From Clostridia bacterium (GTDB lineage: Bacteria > Bacillota > Clostridia > Oscillospirales > CAG-272), in the NCBI GenBank assembly GCA_017387685.1, contig JAFOEU010000055.1:17602-81601 (forward strand): DNA of 64,000 nucleotides, given 5' to 3'. Shown one piece after another: positions 47,001 through 56,000 of the stretch (position 1 is its first letter; each line of letters opens with the position of its first letter). The translations under genes and the position numbers were made by a program. Under the pieces are notes generated by a model. The model had not been told where the DNA came from and searched no databases. It was given only the letters and a program-made list of their open reading frames with translations.

Positions 47001-47942
47001 ATGATGAAAAAATATATTGCATTGATTCTTTGTTTCGCGGCGGTTTTGGCACTTTTCGGCTGTTCCGCCCGACAAAATGAGGACGCAAACGGCGTATTTT
47101 ACGCGTTTACCGACAGCGAGGGCAGGGAAGTGAAGCTTAAAGAAAAGCCCGAAAATGTCGCGGTGCTTTTCTCGTCCTATGCCGAGATGTGGAGCTTGGC
47201 GGGCGGCGAGGTCGGGGTGACCGTCGGGGAGAGCGTTGAGCGCGGTTTTGCGAGTGAAAACGTACCGCTTGTTGATGCGGGCGCGGGAAAAACCATCGAC
47301 CGCGAAGCACTTTTGGCGGCAAAGCCCGATTTCGTTATCGCGTCGGCAGACATTGCCGCGCAGGCGGAGCTTGCAGACTATCTCGATTCGCTCGGAATAC
47401 CTTGCGCGCTCTTCCGCGTGGACAGCTTCAAGGACTATTCGGGCGCGATGCTCCACCTTTGCGCGATCACACAGCGCACGGATCTTTACGAAAAAAACGT
47501 GACCGAAGTCGGCGCGAAGATCGAAAATATCCTTTCGGGAATTGACAAAACCGCTGCTCCGCGCATACTTTTCGTCCGTTGCGGCTCCTCTTACAGCGCA
47601 ACGAAGGCAAAAACTGCGGAGGAAAATTTCGTCTGCCGAATGCTTGAGGAGCTCGGCGCGGTCAATATCGCGGATGCCGCCCCCGAGCTTTCGGACGGGC
47701 TCTCCCTCGAGGCGATCCTCACAGCCGATCCCGATGCGATCTTCTTCTCAACTATGGGAAATGAAGCGAAATCGCGCGCGTATATGGATTCCGAGCTTGA
47801 GAGCGATGCTTGGCAATCTCTTTCGGCGGTGCGCGAGGGCAGATACGTTTACCTCGACAAAAATCTTTTTCAATTCAAGCCGAACGCCCGTTGGGGCGAG
47901 GCTTACCTGTTTTTAGCGGAGTATCTTTACGGTGAAAACTAA
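47001..47942 (+). CDS. iron-siderophore/cobalamin ABC transporter substrate-binding lipoprotein
   Basis: Lipobox LFGC, FTDSEGREV, EALLAAKPD, SLEAILTADPD, AVREGR. Confidence 0.85.
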   Translation: MMKKYIALILCFAAVLALFGCSARQNEDANGVFYAFTDSEGREVKLKEKPENVAVLFSSYAEMWSLAGGEVGVTVGESVERGFASENVPLVDAGAGKTIDREALLAAKPDFVIASADIAAQAELADYLDSLGIPCALFRVDSFKDYSGAMLHLCAITQRTDLYEKNVTEVGAKIENILSGIDKTAAPRILFVRCGSSYSATKAKTAEENFVCRMLEELGAVNIADAAPELSDGLSLEAILTADPDAIFFSTMGNEAKSRAYMDSELESDAWQSLSAVREGRYVYLDKNLFQFKPNARWGEAYLFLAEYLYGEN

Positions 47943-48921
47943 AAGGATTTTGATATTTTGCTCGCTCGGAGCGGTGCTTTTTTCGCTTTTTCTGCTCTCG
48001 ATGCGACTCGGAAGCGTGTTTTTTGACACGAAAAGCTTCTTTTCCGCGCTTTTGGGGCTCGACGGATACTCCACCGAGAGCGTGATAATCTACACGCTCC
48101 GTCTGCCGCGAACCGTCGCGGGACTTCTCGCGGGCGCGGGACTCGGCGTTTCGGGCGTACTGCTCCAGAGCGTGACCGACAACAAAATGGCGAGTCCGGG
48201 ACTGATCGGAGTCAATTCGGGCGCGGGATTTGCCGTAATTCTCGCGCTTTCCCTGCCGTTTTTCCCGATAAAATTGATCCCGCTCGCCGCATTTCTCGGC
48301 GCGTTTCTCGCCACGCTTGCGATCATCGCGATCGCGGGACGGATGGGAATGACGAAAAACACCGTCGTACTCAGCGGAATCGCCTTTTCAGCGATACTTT
48401 CGGCGGGAATTTCGCTTCTTTCACTGCTTGACGCCGACGTTCTCGTCAGCTACAACGCATTTTCGGTCGGTTCGCTCGCGGGCGCGGAGCTTGACGGACT
48501 TCTTTTGCCCGCGATCCTGATAATTTCAGCTATCGCCGCCGCGATCGCGGCGGCGCGAAGGATAAATCTCCTTGCCCTCGGCGCGCCGATCGCGACCTCG
48601 CTCGGAGTGAACGTCAAGGCTCTGCGCGTGGCTTGTATGCTCGTCGCATCGGCATCGGCGGGCGCGGCGGTCTCGGTCGTCGGGCTTCTCGGCTTCGTCG
48701 GATTGATGTCGCCCCACATCGCGCGCGCACTCGTCGGAGCTGATGCGCGAAGGCTGATCCCCGCCGCGGCAATCGTCGGAGCCGACCTCGTTCTCGCCGC
48801 CGACCTCTGCGGACGCGTGATCTTTGCGCCCGGTGAGATGCCCGTCGGAGTGCTGATGGCACTTCTCGGCGCGCCCTTCTTCCTCGGAATTCTGCTCAAA
48901 GGAGGTCACCGCGATGCTTAA
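47932..48921 (+). CDS. FecCD/BtuC family ABC permease
   Basis: LRLPR, LLQSVTDNKMASPGLIGVNSGA, GFVGLMSPH, PVGV. Confidence 0.9.
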   Translation: MKTKRILIFCSLGAVLFSLFLLSMRLGSVFFDTKSFFSALLGLDGYSTESVIIYTLRLPRTVAGLLAGAGLGVSGVLLQSVTDNKMASPGLIGVNSGAGFAVILALSLPFFPIKLIPLAAFLGAFLATLAIIAIAGRMGMTKNTVVLSGIAFSAILSAGISLLSLLDADVLVSYNAFSVGSLAGAELDGLLLPAILIISAIAAAIAAARRINLLALGAPIATSLGVNVKALRVACMLVASASAGAAVSVVGLLGFVGLMSPHIARALVGADARRLIPAAAIVGADLVLAADLCGRVIFAPGEMPVGVLMALLGAPFFLGILLKGGHRDA

Positions 48922-49651
48922 AATTGAAAAAATATCCGCCGCGTACGGTAAAAAGCAGGTCATTTTCGACCTTTCCGCGGAGCTTGGGAAAGGCAGATTC
49001 ACCGCCATCCTCGGCAGAAACGGCTCGGGTAAATCGAGTCTGCTCTCCTGCATTGGCGGAATAAAGGACTATTCGGGCAAAATTCTGCTCGGAAAACGCG
49101 AAATTTCGGCAATTCCGAGCCGTGAGAGAGCTAAAATGCTCTCATATCTACCGCAAAACCTACCCATAACGCAGTTTACCGTGCTCGAAACCGTCACTTT
49201 CGGTCGCGAGCCGTATGTATCGTTCAAGCTTACCGAAGCCGATCGCGAAATCATCGAAAGATCGATCGAAAAGTGCGGAATTTCGCATCTGAAAAATAAA
49301 AAGCTGACCGAGATTTCGGGCGGCGAGCGACAGATGGCGTATCTCGCGATGACGCTCGCGCAGGATGCCGACGTCATTATGCTCGATGAACCGACAACGT
49401 ACATGGATGCTCCGCACGCGCGGAAATTCCTCGATATACTCAAAAAATCGGTTGACGAAGGAAAATCGGTTGTCGCGGTGATGCACGATCTCACGCAAGC
49501 GGTAAAATACGCAGACGATATCATTCTCATCGACGGCGGCAGACTTGTTTTTGAAGGTACAAAAGAAAAATGCCTCGAGGAAAAAGCGATCGAAACGGTT
49601 ATGGAAGTCGAATCGCATACGCTTGAGGACGGAACTGTAGTTTTTATTTAA
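48914..49651 (+). CDS. ABC transporter ATP-binding protein (FecE/BtuD-like)
   Basis: GRNGSGKS, ISGGERQ, LDEPT, HDL. Confidence 0.92.
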   Translation: MLKIEKISAAYGKKQVIFDLSAELGKGRFTAILGRNGSGKSSLLSCIGGIKDYSGKILLGKREISAIPSRERAKMLSYLPQNLPITQFTVLETVTFGREPYVSFKLTEADREIIERSIEKCGISHLKNKKLTEISGGERQMAYLAMTLAQDADVIMLDEPTTYMDAPHARKFLDILKKSVDEGKSVVAVMHDLTQAVKYADDIILIDGGRLVFEGTKEKCLEEKAIETVMEVESHTLEDGTVVFI

Positions 49652-49658
49652 TTTTTTA

Positions 49659-49822
49659 GGGTGAAGGAGCAAAAATCTCCCCGAGGGGAGATTTTACTCC
49701 TTCCGAACAGCCGACGGGGCGTCGTCTGTTCGAAGCACGGAGAGAATTTCGCGCTCTGCGGAGCGCGACTTAAGGAACTTTTTGAAAAAAGTTCCTTAAG
49801 AATCTTCAAAAACTTTCCCGCT
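49659..49822 (+). repeat. ~170-nt multi-hairpin element, copy 4
   Basis: Homologous to 1776-1950 and 31636-31799. Confidence 0.8.
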
Positions 49823-49844
49823 GATGTTATTTTTACTTTAATTC

Positions 49845-49988
49845 GAAAATTTTCGAGCAAAGCGAGAAAATTAACCTTCATTTTGCCGAAGGCAAATTAT
49901 CATTCGCGCGAAGCGCGATTATCACTCTGCCGCAGGCAGATTATCACTCTTGCGAAGCAAGATTATAACTCGCGCCCTCGGCGCGACA
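49845..49988 (+). repeat. leader + AACCTTCA + TTATCAC/mini-hairpin array upstream of the flavin reductase
   Basis: Five hairpins separated by TTATCA(C/T) or TTATAAC. Confidence 0.85.
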
Positions 49989-50002
49989 GCAAGGAGCTAA
50001 AT

Positions 50003-50587
50003 ATGTCCAAACAAGAATGGAAAGGCGGCGCTCTCCTCGCGCCTCTGCCCGCAGTTATAGTAACCTCCGCCCGTGAGGGCGAAAAGCCAAACGCGATCAC
50101 CATCGCGTGGTGCGGCATCATATCCACTCATCCCCCCGCACTTTATATTTCCGTGCGCCCCTCGCGCCATTCATACGAGATCATAAAGGAAACGGGCGAA
50201 TTTTGCGTCAATCTCGTTCCCGTTTCGCTCGTCCGCGCCGCCGACACCTGCGGTGTGCTGACGGGCAGAAAGGTCGATAAGTTCGAAAAATGCAAGCTCA
50301 CGCCCGAAAAATGCTTCAAGATCTCCGCGCCCGCCATCGCCGAGTCGCCGCTGACGCTCGAATGCAAGCTCCGCGAGATCATTCCGCAGGGCTCGCACGA
50401 TATGTTCATCGCCGACATAGTTGCCACAGGCGTTGACGAGTCGCTGATCGACGAGAAGGGAAGTCTGCACCTCGGCAGAGCGAATCTTTCCGCATTCGCG
50501 CACGGCGAATACTTCGAGCTCGGAAAAACCATCGGCTCGTTCGGATATTCGGTCAGGAAAAAGAAGAAGAAAAATACAAAGAGGTAA
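50003..50587 (+). CDS. flavin reductase family protein
   Basis: PLPAVIVT, NAITIAW, ISVRPSRHS, ESPLTLEC, GSHDMF; AAGGAG RBS. Confidence 0.88.
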   Translation: MSKQEWKGGALLAPLPAVIVTSAREGEKPNAITIAWCGIISTHPPALYISVRPSRHSYEIIKETGEFCVNLVPVSLVRAADTCGVLTGRKVDKFEKCKLTPEKCFKISAPAIAESPLTLECKLREIIPQGSHDMFIADIVATGVDESLIDEKGSLHLGRANLSAFAHGEYFELGKTIGSFGYSVRKKKKKNTKR

Positions 50588-50592
50588 TTCCA

Positions 50593-51900
50593 ATGAAATC
50601 TACACGCATCCTCGCGCTCGTTTTTGCGCTGATTATGACACTTTCGCTCGTCGCTTGCGGCGGTGAGAGTGAAACCGAAACTACCGCCCCCGAAACAACC
50701 GAGGTGATCCCCGAGACCACCGCCGAGGTGATCGACTCGGATCTTCATATCGTTGAAGGCGGCGCGAGCGAGTGGGCGGGCATTCGTCCCGAGGTCAGCT
50801 CAAACGCGGAGATTGAGGGACTCAAAATTCTCAAAAATCTGATAAAGGATAAATACGGAATTACGATCCAGCTCGACACCGACGGCAAGCGTATGCCCGG
50901 CACCGATCCCGAGTATCAGATACTCATCGGCAGGACCGACGAGCCCGAAAGCGCCGGCGCGATCGAATTCATCAATTCCTTACCTCGCGGACAAGTCGCT
51001 TACCTTATCGAGGCGCTGGAAAAGAGACTCGTCATCGTTGCAAGCAACACATCGATGTACGAGGCGGCAATTGCGTATCTTGCGGAAAACTTTATGACGG
51101 AAAGCGGTTTTACGGTTCCGATCGGATTCAAATATACCGCCGATGCGGTTACGGTAAATCCCTCAAACCATATCGAGAAGGACAACGCCCTTGAGGTCAA
51201 AATGACCGAGATTTACACCGTCAAGACTCATACCGACGCAAACGGCGTCAATTGCCGCGTGATTCAGGGCGCGTGCACCGACGGTGAACATCTTTACGTT
51301 TGCCTCAACAACGGTGCTGACAGCGGCGCGGTCACCGCGATAGTTAAGACAGAGCTTTCGACGGGCCGTGTCGTTGCGACCTACGAAAACAAGCTCATCG
51401 ACCACGCAAACGACCTGACCTATAATCCGAAGACGAACGAGATCCTTGCAGTCCATAACGCTCCCTATCGCCAGAAGATTTCGATTTTTGATGCTGAAAC
51501 GATGGAGCTCAAGGAGATAAAGACCGTCCGTCACGACGTTTACGCGATCGAGTACGACGATGACGGCGATTGCTATTGGTTCGGCATTTCCCACGGCTAC
51601 GACTACGCGCGATACGATACCACGCTTAAGAAATACACCGAGTACCGTGGATTTAACAACGGCTTTACTAAGCAGGGAATGGATGCGGATGACAAATACG
51701 TCTATTTCGTACTCTACAAAACGAACTGCATCGCGGTCTACACCAAGGATGGCGAGTACGTCCGTCAGATCGATCTGCCCGTGACCGCGGGCGAGCCCGA
51801 GAACATCAGCCACGTCGGCGACGTTTTTTACATCGTCTACAACAATCCCTCCTGGACGGGCGGAATAGTTTATGAAACAGTCATCACCGAAAAGAAGTAA
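50593..51900 (+). CDS. lipoprotein with probable C-terminal beta-propeller
   Basis: Lipobox LVAC, EYQILIGRT domain, QGACTDG, HANDLTYN, QGMDAD. Confidence 0.65.
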   Translation: MKSTRILALVFALIMTLSLVACGGESETETTAPETTEVIPETTAEVIDSDLHIVEGGASEWAGIRPEVSSNAEIEGLKILKNLIKDKYGITIQLDTDGKRMPGTDPEYQILIGRTDEPESAGAIEFINSLPRGQVAYLIEALEKRLVIVASNTSMYEAAIAYLAENFMTESGFTVPIGFKYTADAVTVNPSNHIEKDNALEVKMTEIYTVKTHTDANGVNCRVIQGACTDGEHLYVCLNNGADSGAVTAIVKTELSTGRVVATYENKLIDHANDLTYNPKTNEILAVHNAPYRQKISIFDAETMELKEIKTVRHDVYAIEYDDDGDCYWFGISHGYDYARYDTTLKKYTEYRGFNNGFTKQGMDADDKYVYFVLYKTNCIAVYTKDGEYVRQIDLPVTAGEPENISHVGDVFYIVYNNPSWTGGIVYETVITEKK

Positions 51901-51901
51901 A

Positions 51902-52798
51902 ATGAAGCTTTTTGCACCTAAATATTACAGCGATTTCAAATGCATCGCCGATAAATGCCGCCATAGCTGCTGTGTCGGTTGGGAAATTGACATTGATGGC
52001 GAAACGCTCGCGAAATATTCCGAAATGAACGCGGAATATGCGGGGAACATCCGCGCGAGCATCGAGTGGGAGGGAACGCCCCATTTCAAGCTTTGCGCCG
52101 ACGGAAGATGCGCACATCTTGATGACCTCGGGCTTTGCCGCATTATTTCGAACATCGGAGAGGGCGCGCTTTGCGCGATCTGCCGTGAGCATCCGCGATT
52201 TTATCACACGGCGTGCGGCAAACGTGAGGTCGGGCTCGGACTTTGCTGTGAGGAGGCGTGCAGAATTGTCCTCTCCTCGGACGGATACGGCGACTTTACC
52301 GAAATCGGTGAGCTCGATGATGAAGGATATGAATTTGATTTCGATACCGCCGCGCAACGCGCAAAAATTTACTTGATCCTCTCCGACCGCGACCTGCCGT
52401 ATGACGAAAGACTGCAAAAAATATACGAAATCCACGGCTTCACCGCCGAAACGTTCGCAAGCGACGGGTGGAATGAGATTTTGGAAGACCTCGAATACCT
52501 CGAGGAAGAACACCGCGCTCTGATCTGCGATTTCTCCGATGCGAGTGGGGATGGGCACGAAAAAGAGCTCGAACGCGCGCTGGCGTATTTCGTTTACAGA
52601 CATTGCTCTCCCGCAGAAAACGCGGAAGAATTCCGCACGGGACTCGGATTTGCACTTTTCTGCGAGAGATTGCTCTCGTCAATGGCAAAAAACAATCCCG
52701 CCACCCCCATTACAGACCTCGCGCGGATACTATCCGAGGAGCTTGAATACTCCGAGGATAACTGCGAAGCGATCAAAACCGAGATTATGTTTTTGTGA
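51902..52798 (+). CDS. FliB family lysine-N-methylase-like Cys-cluster protein
   Basis: FKCIADKCRHSCCVGWEIDID, C-HL---LC, ICREHPRF, ELEYSEDN. Confidence 0.8.
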   Translation: MKLFAPKYYSDFKCIADKCRHSCCVGWEIDIDGETLAKYSEMNAEYAGNIRASIEWEGTPHFKLCADGRCAHLDDLGLCRIISNIGEGALCAICREHPRFYHTACGKREVGLGLCCEEACRIVLSSDGYGDFTEIGELDDEGYEFDFDTAAQRAKIYLILSDRDLPYDERLQKIYEIHGFTAETFASDGWNEILEDLEYLEEEHRALICDFSDASGDGHEKELERALAYFVYRHCSPAENAEEFRTGLGFALFCERLLSSMAKNNPATPITDLARILSEELEYSEDNCEAIKTEIMFL

Positions 52799-52803
52799 CA
52801 TTG

Positions 52804-52835
52804 AAAACCGACCCGATTTTTCGGGTCGGTTTTTT
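52804..52835 (+). terminator. intrinsic terminator
   Basis: aaaaccgacccga-tttt-tcgggtcggtttttt. Confidence 0.8.
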
Positions 52836-52942
52836 ATAGCAGAAGTAAGGTGAATTTTCGCCTTCGGCGAAAATTTTCAATAATATAATAAGTACGCTTG
52901 TCTTTTATGCAGTACAGAGTCGGCTTTTGCCGAAGGCAAATA

Positions 52943-53064
52943 CGTCGGCGGGGCGCCGCCGTTTTGAAGCGCAGGGGGTGCTTCGACCTCTGCGGAGGTC
53001 GACTTAAGGCTTCGCCTTAAGAATCCGCAAACTTTTGAAAAAGTTTGATCAAAACTTTTCCGCT
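52943..53064 (+). repeat. ~170-nt multi-hairpin element, 5'-truncated copy 5
   Basis: gtcggcggggcgccgccgttttgaagc...tcgacctctgcggaggtcga cttaaggcttcgccttaag...caaaacttttccgct. Confidence 0.75.
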
Positions 53065-53079
53065 GATGTTGTTTTTAAT

Positions 53080-53180
53080 TTAACTTCGCTTTCCGCGAAG
53101 CGGAAATTATCACTCGCTGTAAGGCGATTATCACTCTGCCGTAGGCAGATTATCACTCTCGCGCAAGCGAGAATATCACT
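53080..53180 (+). repeat. TTATCAC/mini-hairpin array running into the GH127 stop codon
   Basis: Four hairpins; the last ATATCAC contains the TCA stop complement at 53176-53178. Confidence 0.8.
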
Positions 53181-55035
53181 GCTCGCCCCGCGAGCACGGC
53201 AGCCATGCGGCAATCTCGCTTTCCCAGTCCTTACCTGCGGATTGGTAGTCGACGAGGTAGAACTTTTCACCGTTTTCGTCGGTGAATTCGAGTTTAAGGG
53301 TGTATTTTTCGTCCTCACAGATGCAGTAATCGTAGTTTTTGAAGCTATACTTACTATTTGCGTCCTTACCAAGCGAAGAATCGGCGGCGAGGGTGATAGG
53401 TCCGCGCGAGAGCGAGATGAAATTGTCGTCCTCATCGTAATGACGGACCGCGACGGGCGGCTTGCGCGTGCCGCAGGTGTTGATGTAGAGCACGTCAAGA
53501 TCCCATTTTTCCGGAAGCGTTTCGCGGATCGACATATCGAGGTCGAGTGCGATTTCGGTCGAGCCCGCTCCGACGTGATAGATCGCGTAGCCGTCCTTTT
53601 GCTTGATATTTTCATTCTGCGCCCACGCGGGAATGCGGAGCTTAAGGCAGAAATCGCATTCAGAGGTGATTTTAAGCAAAATCTTGCCGTCCGCGGGGTA
53701 TTTTGTTTCGGTTTTGATGGAAATTTTACCGCGCTCGGTGGTGATCTCCGACTCACCCTGCTCGTAGAAATTCAGGACAACACAGCCGTTATTATCAACC
53801 ACGGCGTGCTTGGCAAAGATTCCGACACCCGCCGCGCCGATGCAAACGCAGCATCCGTAATATCTTCCGTCCTCGAGGATCTGAAAACCGCCGACAGTGC
53901 GTCCTCGGCGTCCGGGGCGGAGCGGGGAATAGCTGTCGAAGGGGAGGGGGACGGGCACCATTTTGTCGAGCATATTGATCTTTGCGAATCGCTCGCGGAC
54001 GTAGCCGTCGCGGCTGACGAGCATTTTCTCATTGAGCGAGCCGAGGTAGGCGTTATAGAAGGAGTGCTCGATCGCGTCGGCGAAAACACTCTCGCCGGTC
54101 AGCATAAAGAGGCGCGAGCAGAACTTCATCCAGGTCACGGTCACGCAGGTCTCCTGCATAATGCCCTCGTAGAACTGCGTCTGTCGGGTCTTGGTGTGGT
54201 CGAAAAGCTCGTGCGTACAGCCCGAGGAGCCGATGACGGAAATTTCGCTGTCAAGAACAGCTTTTGCAAAGTTGACCACGGCTGTTTTGTACTTTTCGAT
54301 GCCCGTGACGTAGTAGAATTCAAGCAGTCCTTCAAAGCAGGACATCATCTCGTAAGCCTTCGCGACGCCGTACTGATAGGGGAGGAGCGTGTTTTCATAG
54401 GCGAGCTCAAAGACGTTGATCTCGCTGCCGCCCGATTCGACTATGTAGGCGGCGAAATCAAGATATTTCTGCGCGCCCGTCAGGTTGTAAAGACGTACCA
54501 TCGGCTCAAGGATCGAGGAAGAATTGAGACCGAGCCAATGCTTTGTAGCCTTGTTGATGTGAATTTTGCCTTCCTCTTTGCCGATGTGCGCGATTATGTA
54601 GTCGGCGGCACGGCTGATGGCGGCGATGATCTCGGATTTAAGCGCATCGTCGGAGCAGATATCGAGGTAGTATTCCAAGCCGAGGATAACGTATTTGCGG
54701 CACCAGAGATCCCACGCGCGAAATTCGGTGTCTTTTGTAAAGGAAGATATCCTGCCGTCGGGAGCGATGACGGAGATCATATCGCGAACGGTCTCGGTGA
54801 GGATGCAGAAAAGCTCCGCATCGCGGGAGTATTCGTAAACGAGGACAGCACCGCGCATCATCTTGCCCCAATATTCACCGCGCCAACCGTTGTTGACACC
54901 GTCAATGGGGCGGCGGAACTGATCGACGAAACGGCGCCACATATCACGGTCGGAGAGCTGATTTTTGGTAAGGAAATCGACAGCACGGGCGGTAAGACCC
55001 GAATATTTTTGTTTTAAGTTAAAATAATTCATCAT
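53176..55035 (-). CDS. GH127-like (beta-L-arabinofuranosidase family) glycoside hydrolase
   Basis: WRGEYWGK, KAYEMMSCFEGL, QETCVTVTWM, GCC, YP.DG.I, LRIPAW, RGPI.LA. Confidence 0.8.
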   Translation of the reverse strand: MMNYFNLKQKYSGLTARAVDFLTKNQLSDRDMWRRFVDQFRRPIDGVNNGWRGEYWGKMMRGAVLVYEYSRDAELFCILTETVRDMISVIAPDGRISSFTKDTEFRAWDLWCRKYVILGLEYYLDICSDDALKSEIIAAISRAADYIIAHIGKEEGKIHINKATKHWLGLNSSSILEPMVRLYNLTGAQKYLDFAAYIVESGGSEINVFELAYENTLLPYQYGVAKAYEMMSCFEGLLEFYYVTGIEKYKTAVVNFAKAVLDSEISVIGSSGCTHELFDHTKTRQTQFYEGIMQETCVTVTWMKFCSRLFMLTGESVFADAIEHSFYNAYLGSLNEKMLVSRDGYVRERFAKINMLDKMVPVPLPFDSYSPLRPGRRGRTVGGFQILEDGRYYGCCVCIGAAGVGIFAKHAVVDNNGCVVLNFYEQGESEITTERGKISIKTETKYPADGKILLKITSECDFCLKLRIPAWAQNENIKQKDGYAIYHVGAGSTEIALDLDMSIRETLPEKWDLDVLYINTCGTRKPPVAVRHYDEDDNFISLSRGPITLAADSSLGKDANSKYSFKNYDYCICEDEKYTLKLEFTDENGEKFYLVDYQSAGKDWESEIAAWLPCSRGEQ

Positions 55036-55157
55036 TTCGCCTCCAAAGGCTTTTTTATAATTATAACCTTTTTGAATTACGATGTCAACCCCACCGCACA
55101 AAAACAGCGGAAAAGTTTTGATCAAACTTTTTCAGAAAAGTATGCTTGCCTTCGCCC

Positions 55158-55296
55158 CGCGCCCGAAGGGCGCATGATGTTGCACTTCGTGCAAATGAAG
55201 TTGCCTGCGGCAAATGATGTTGTGCTTCGCACAAACGATGTTGCGCCCCGCGGGGGCGCAAATAAAGGAAAAAATCCGCCGCGGCGGATTTTTTTC
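55158..55296 (-). repeat. ATGATGT-linker mini-hairpin array with TAAAGG + leader hairpin
   Basis: gcgcccgaagggcgc ATGATG ttgcacttcgtgcaa ATGAAG ttgcctgcggcaa ATGATG ttgtgcttcgcacaa ... aaaaatccgccgcggcggattttt. Confidence 0.75.
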
Positions 55297-55351
55297 ATCT
55301 TAATTATATTTCGCCATTGGTTTTGTTTTGGTTGGATAATTTAATACATCA

Positions 55352-55512
55352 GGGGTGAAGGAGCGAAATCCTCCCGCGGGGGGGGGATTTACTCCTTCCA
55401 AAATGTCGGCGGGGCGCCGCCATTTTGAAGCGTGGGGGGAGTTTCGCGCTCTGCGGAGCGCGACTTAAGAAACTTTTTGAAAAAAGTTTCTTAAGGATCT
55501 TCAAAAACTTTC
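55352..55512 (+). repeat. ~170-nt multi-hairpin element, copy 6
   Basis: Shares TACATCAGGGGTGAAGGAGCGAAATCCTCCCGC with copy 1. Confidence 0.8.
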
Positions 55513-55723
55513 AACTCGCGCGGCTCTGGCGGTTTTCCGAAGGAAAATGGAGGCGGGAGCCGACAAGACAGAGTCGCAGCTTGCCGAAGGCAAGCATACC
55601 TTTTTGAAAAAGGTGGACGAAAACTTCACGCTTTTTGGTGAGGCAAAAGTATGAAAGTTTGAATATTTTTCCGTCGCTTGCAAAATAATAATTACAAACA
55701 ACGAAAGCGAAGGTAACTGATAC

Positions 55724-55996
55724 ATGCAAAGCTTTGATTATACGCTTAACTGCACCGGCGGGCTTCATGCGCGGCCGGCGGGGGCGATCGTGAATGCCGC
55801 TAAACATTTTTCCTCCGATATCCTCATCCGTAAGCTCTCCCCTGACGGTCCAAAAGAGGCGGATGCCAAACGCCTCATCTCTCTTATGAGCCTCGGCGCG
55901 AAGCGCGGGGAGACCATCACTTTTCTCATCAACGGCCCCGACGAGACCGATGCCGCAGAGAAAATGAAGCTCGTCTGCCGCGAGAGTGTGGGGTGA
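55724..55996 (+). CDS. ptsH: phosphocarrier protein HPr
   Basis: GLHARPA (His15), DAKRLISLMSLG. Confidence 0.9.
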   Translation: MQSFDYTLNCTGGLHARPAGAIVNAAKHFSSDILIRKLSPDGPKEADAKRLISLMSLGAKRGETITFLINGPDETDAAEKMKLVCRESVG

Positions 55997-56000
55997 CGGT

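Noticed and set aside
49661-50002. N-terminal extensions in the ORF track (also 3411-4436, 31938, 37282, 45337, 58600, 61322)
   Set aside because: They run through repeats or upstream genes; downstream ATGs fit RBS position and family N-termini better.
51902-52798. Flagellar locus implied by the FliB-like gene
   Set aside because: No flagellar genes nearby; this family is often found standalone.
53035-55017. 660-aa + strand ORF
   Set aside because: Antisense shadow of the GH127 gene; starts inside repeats and has no recognisable motifs.
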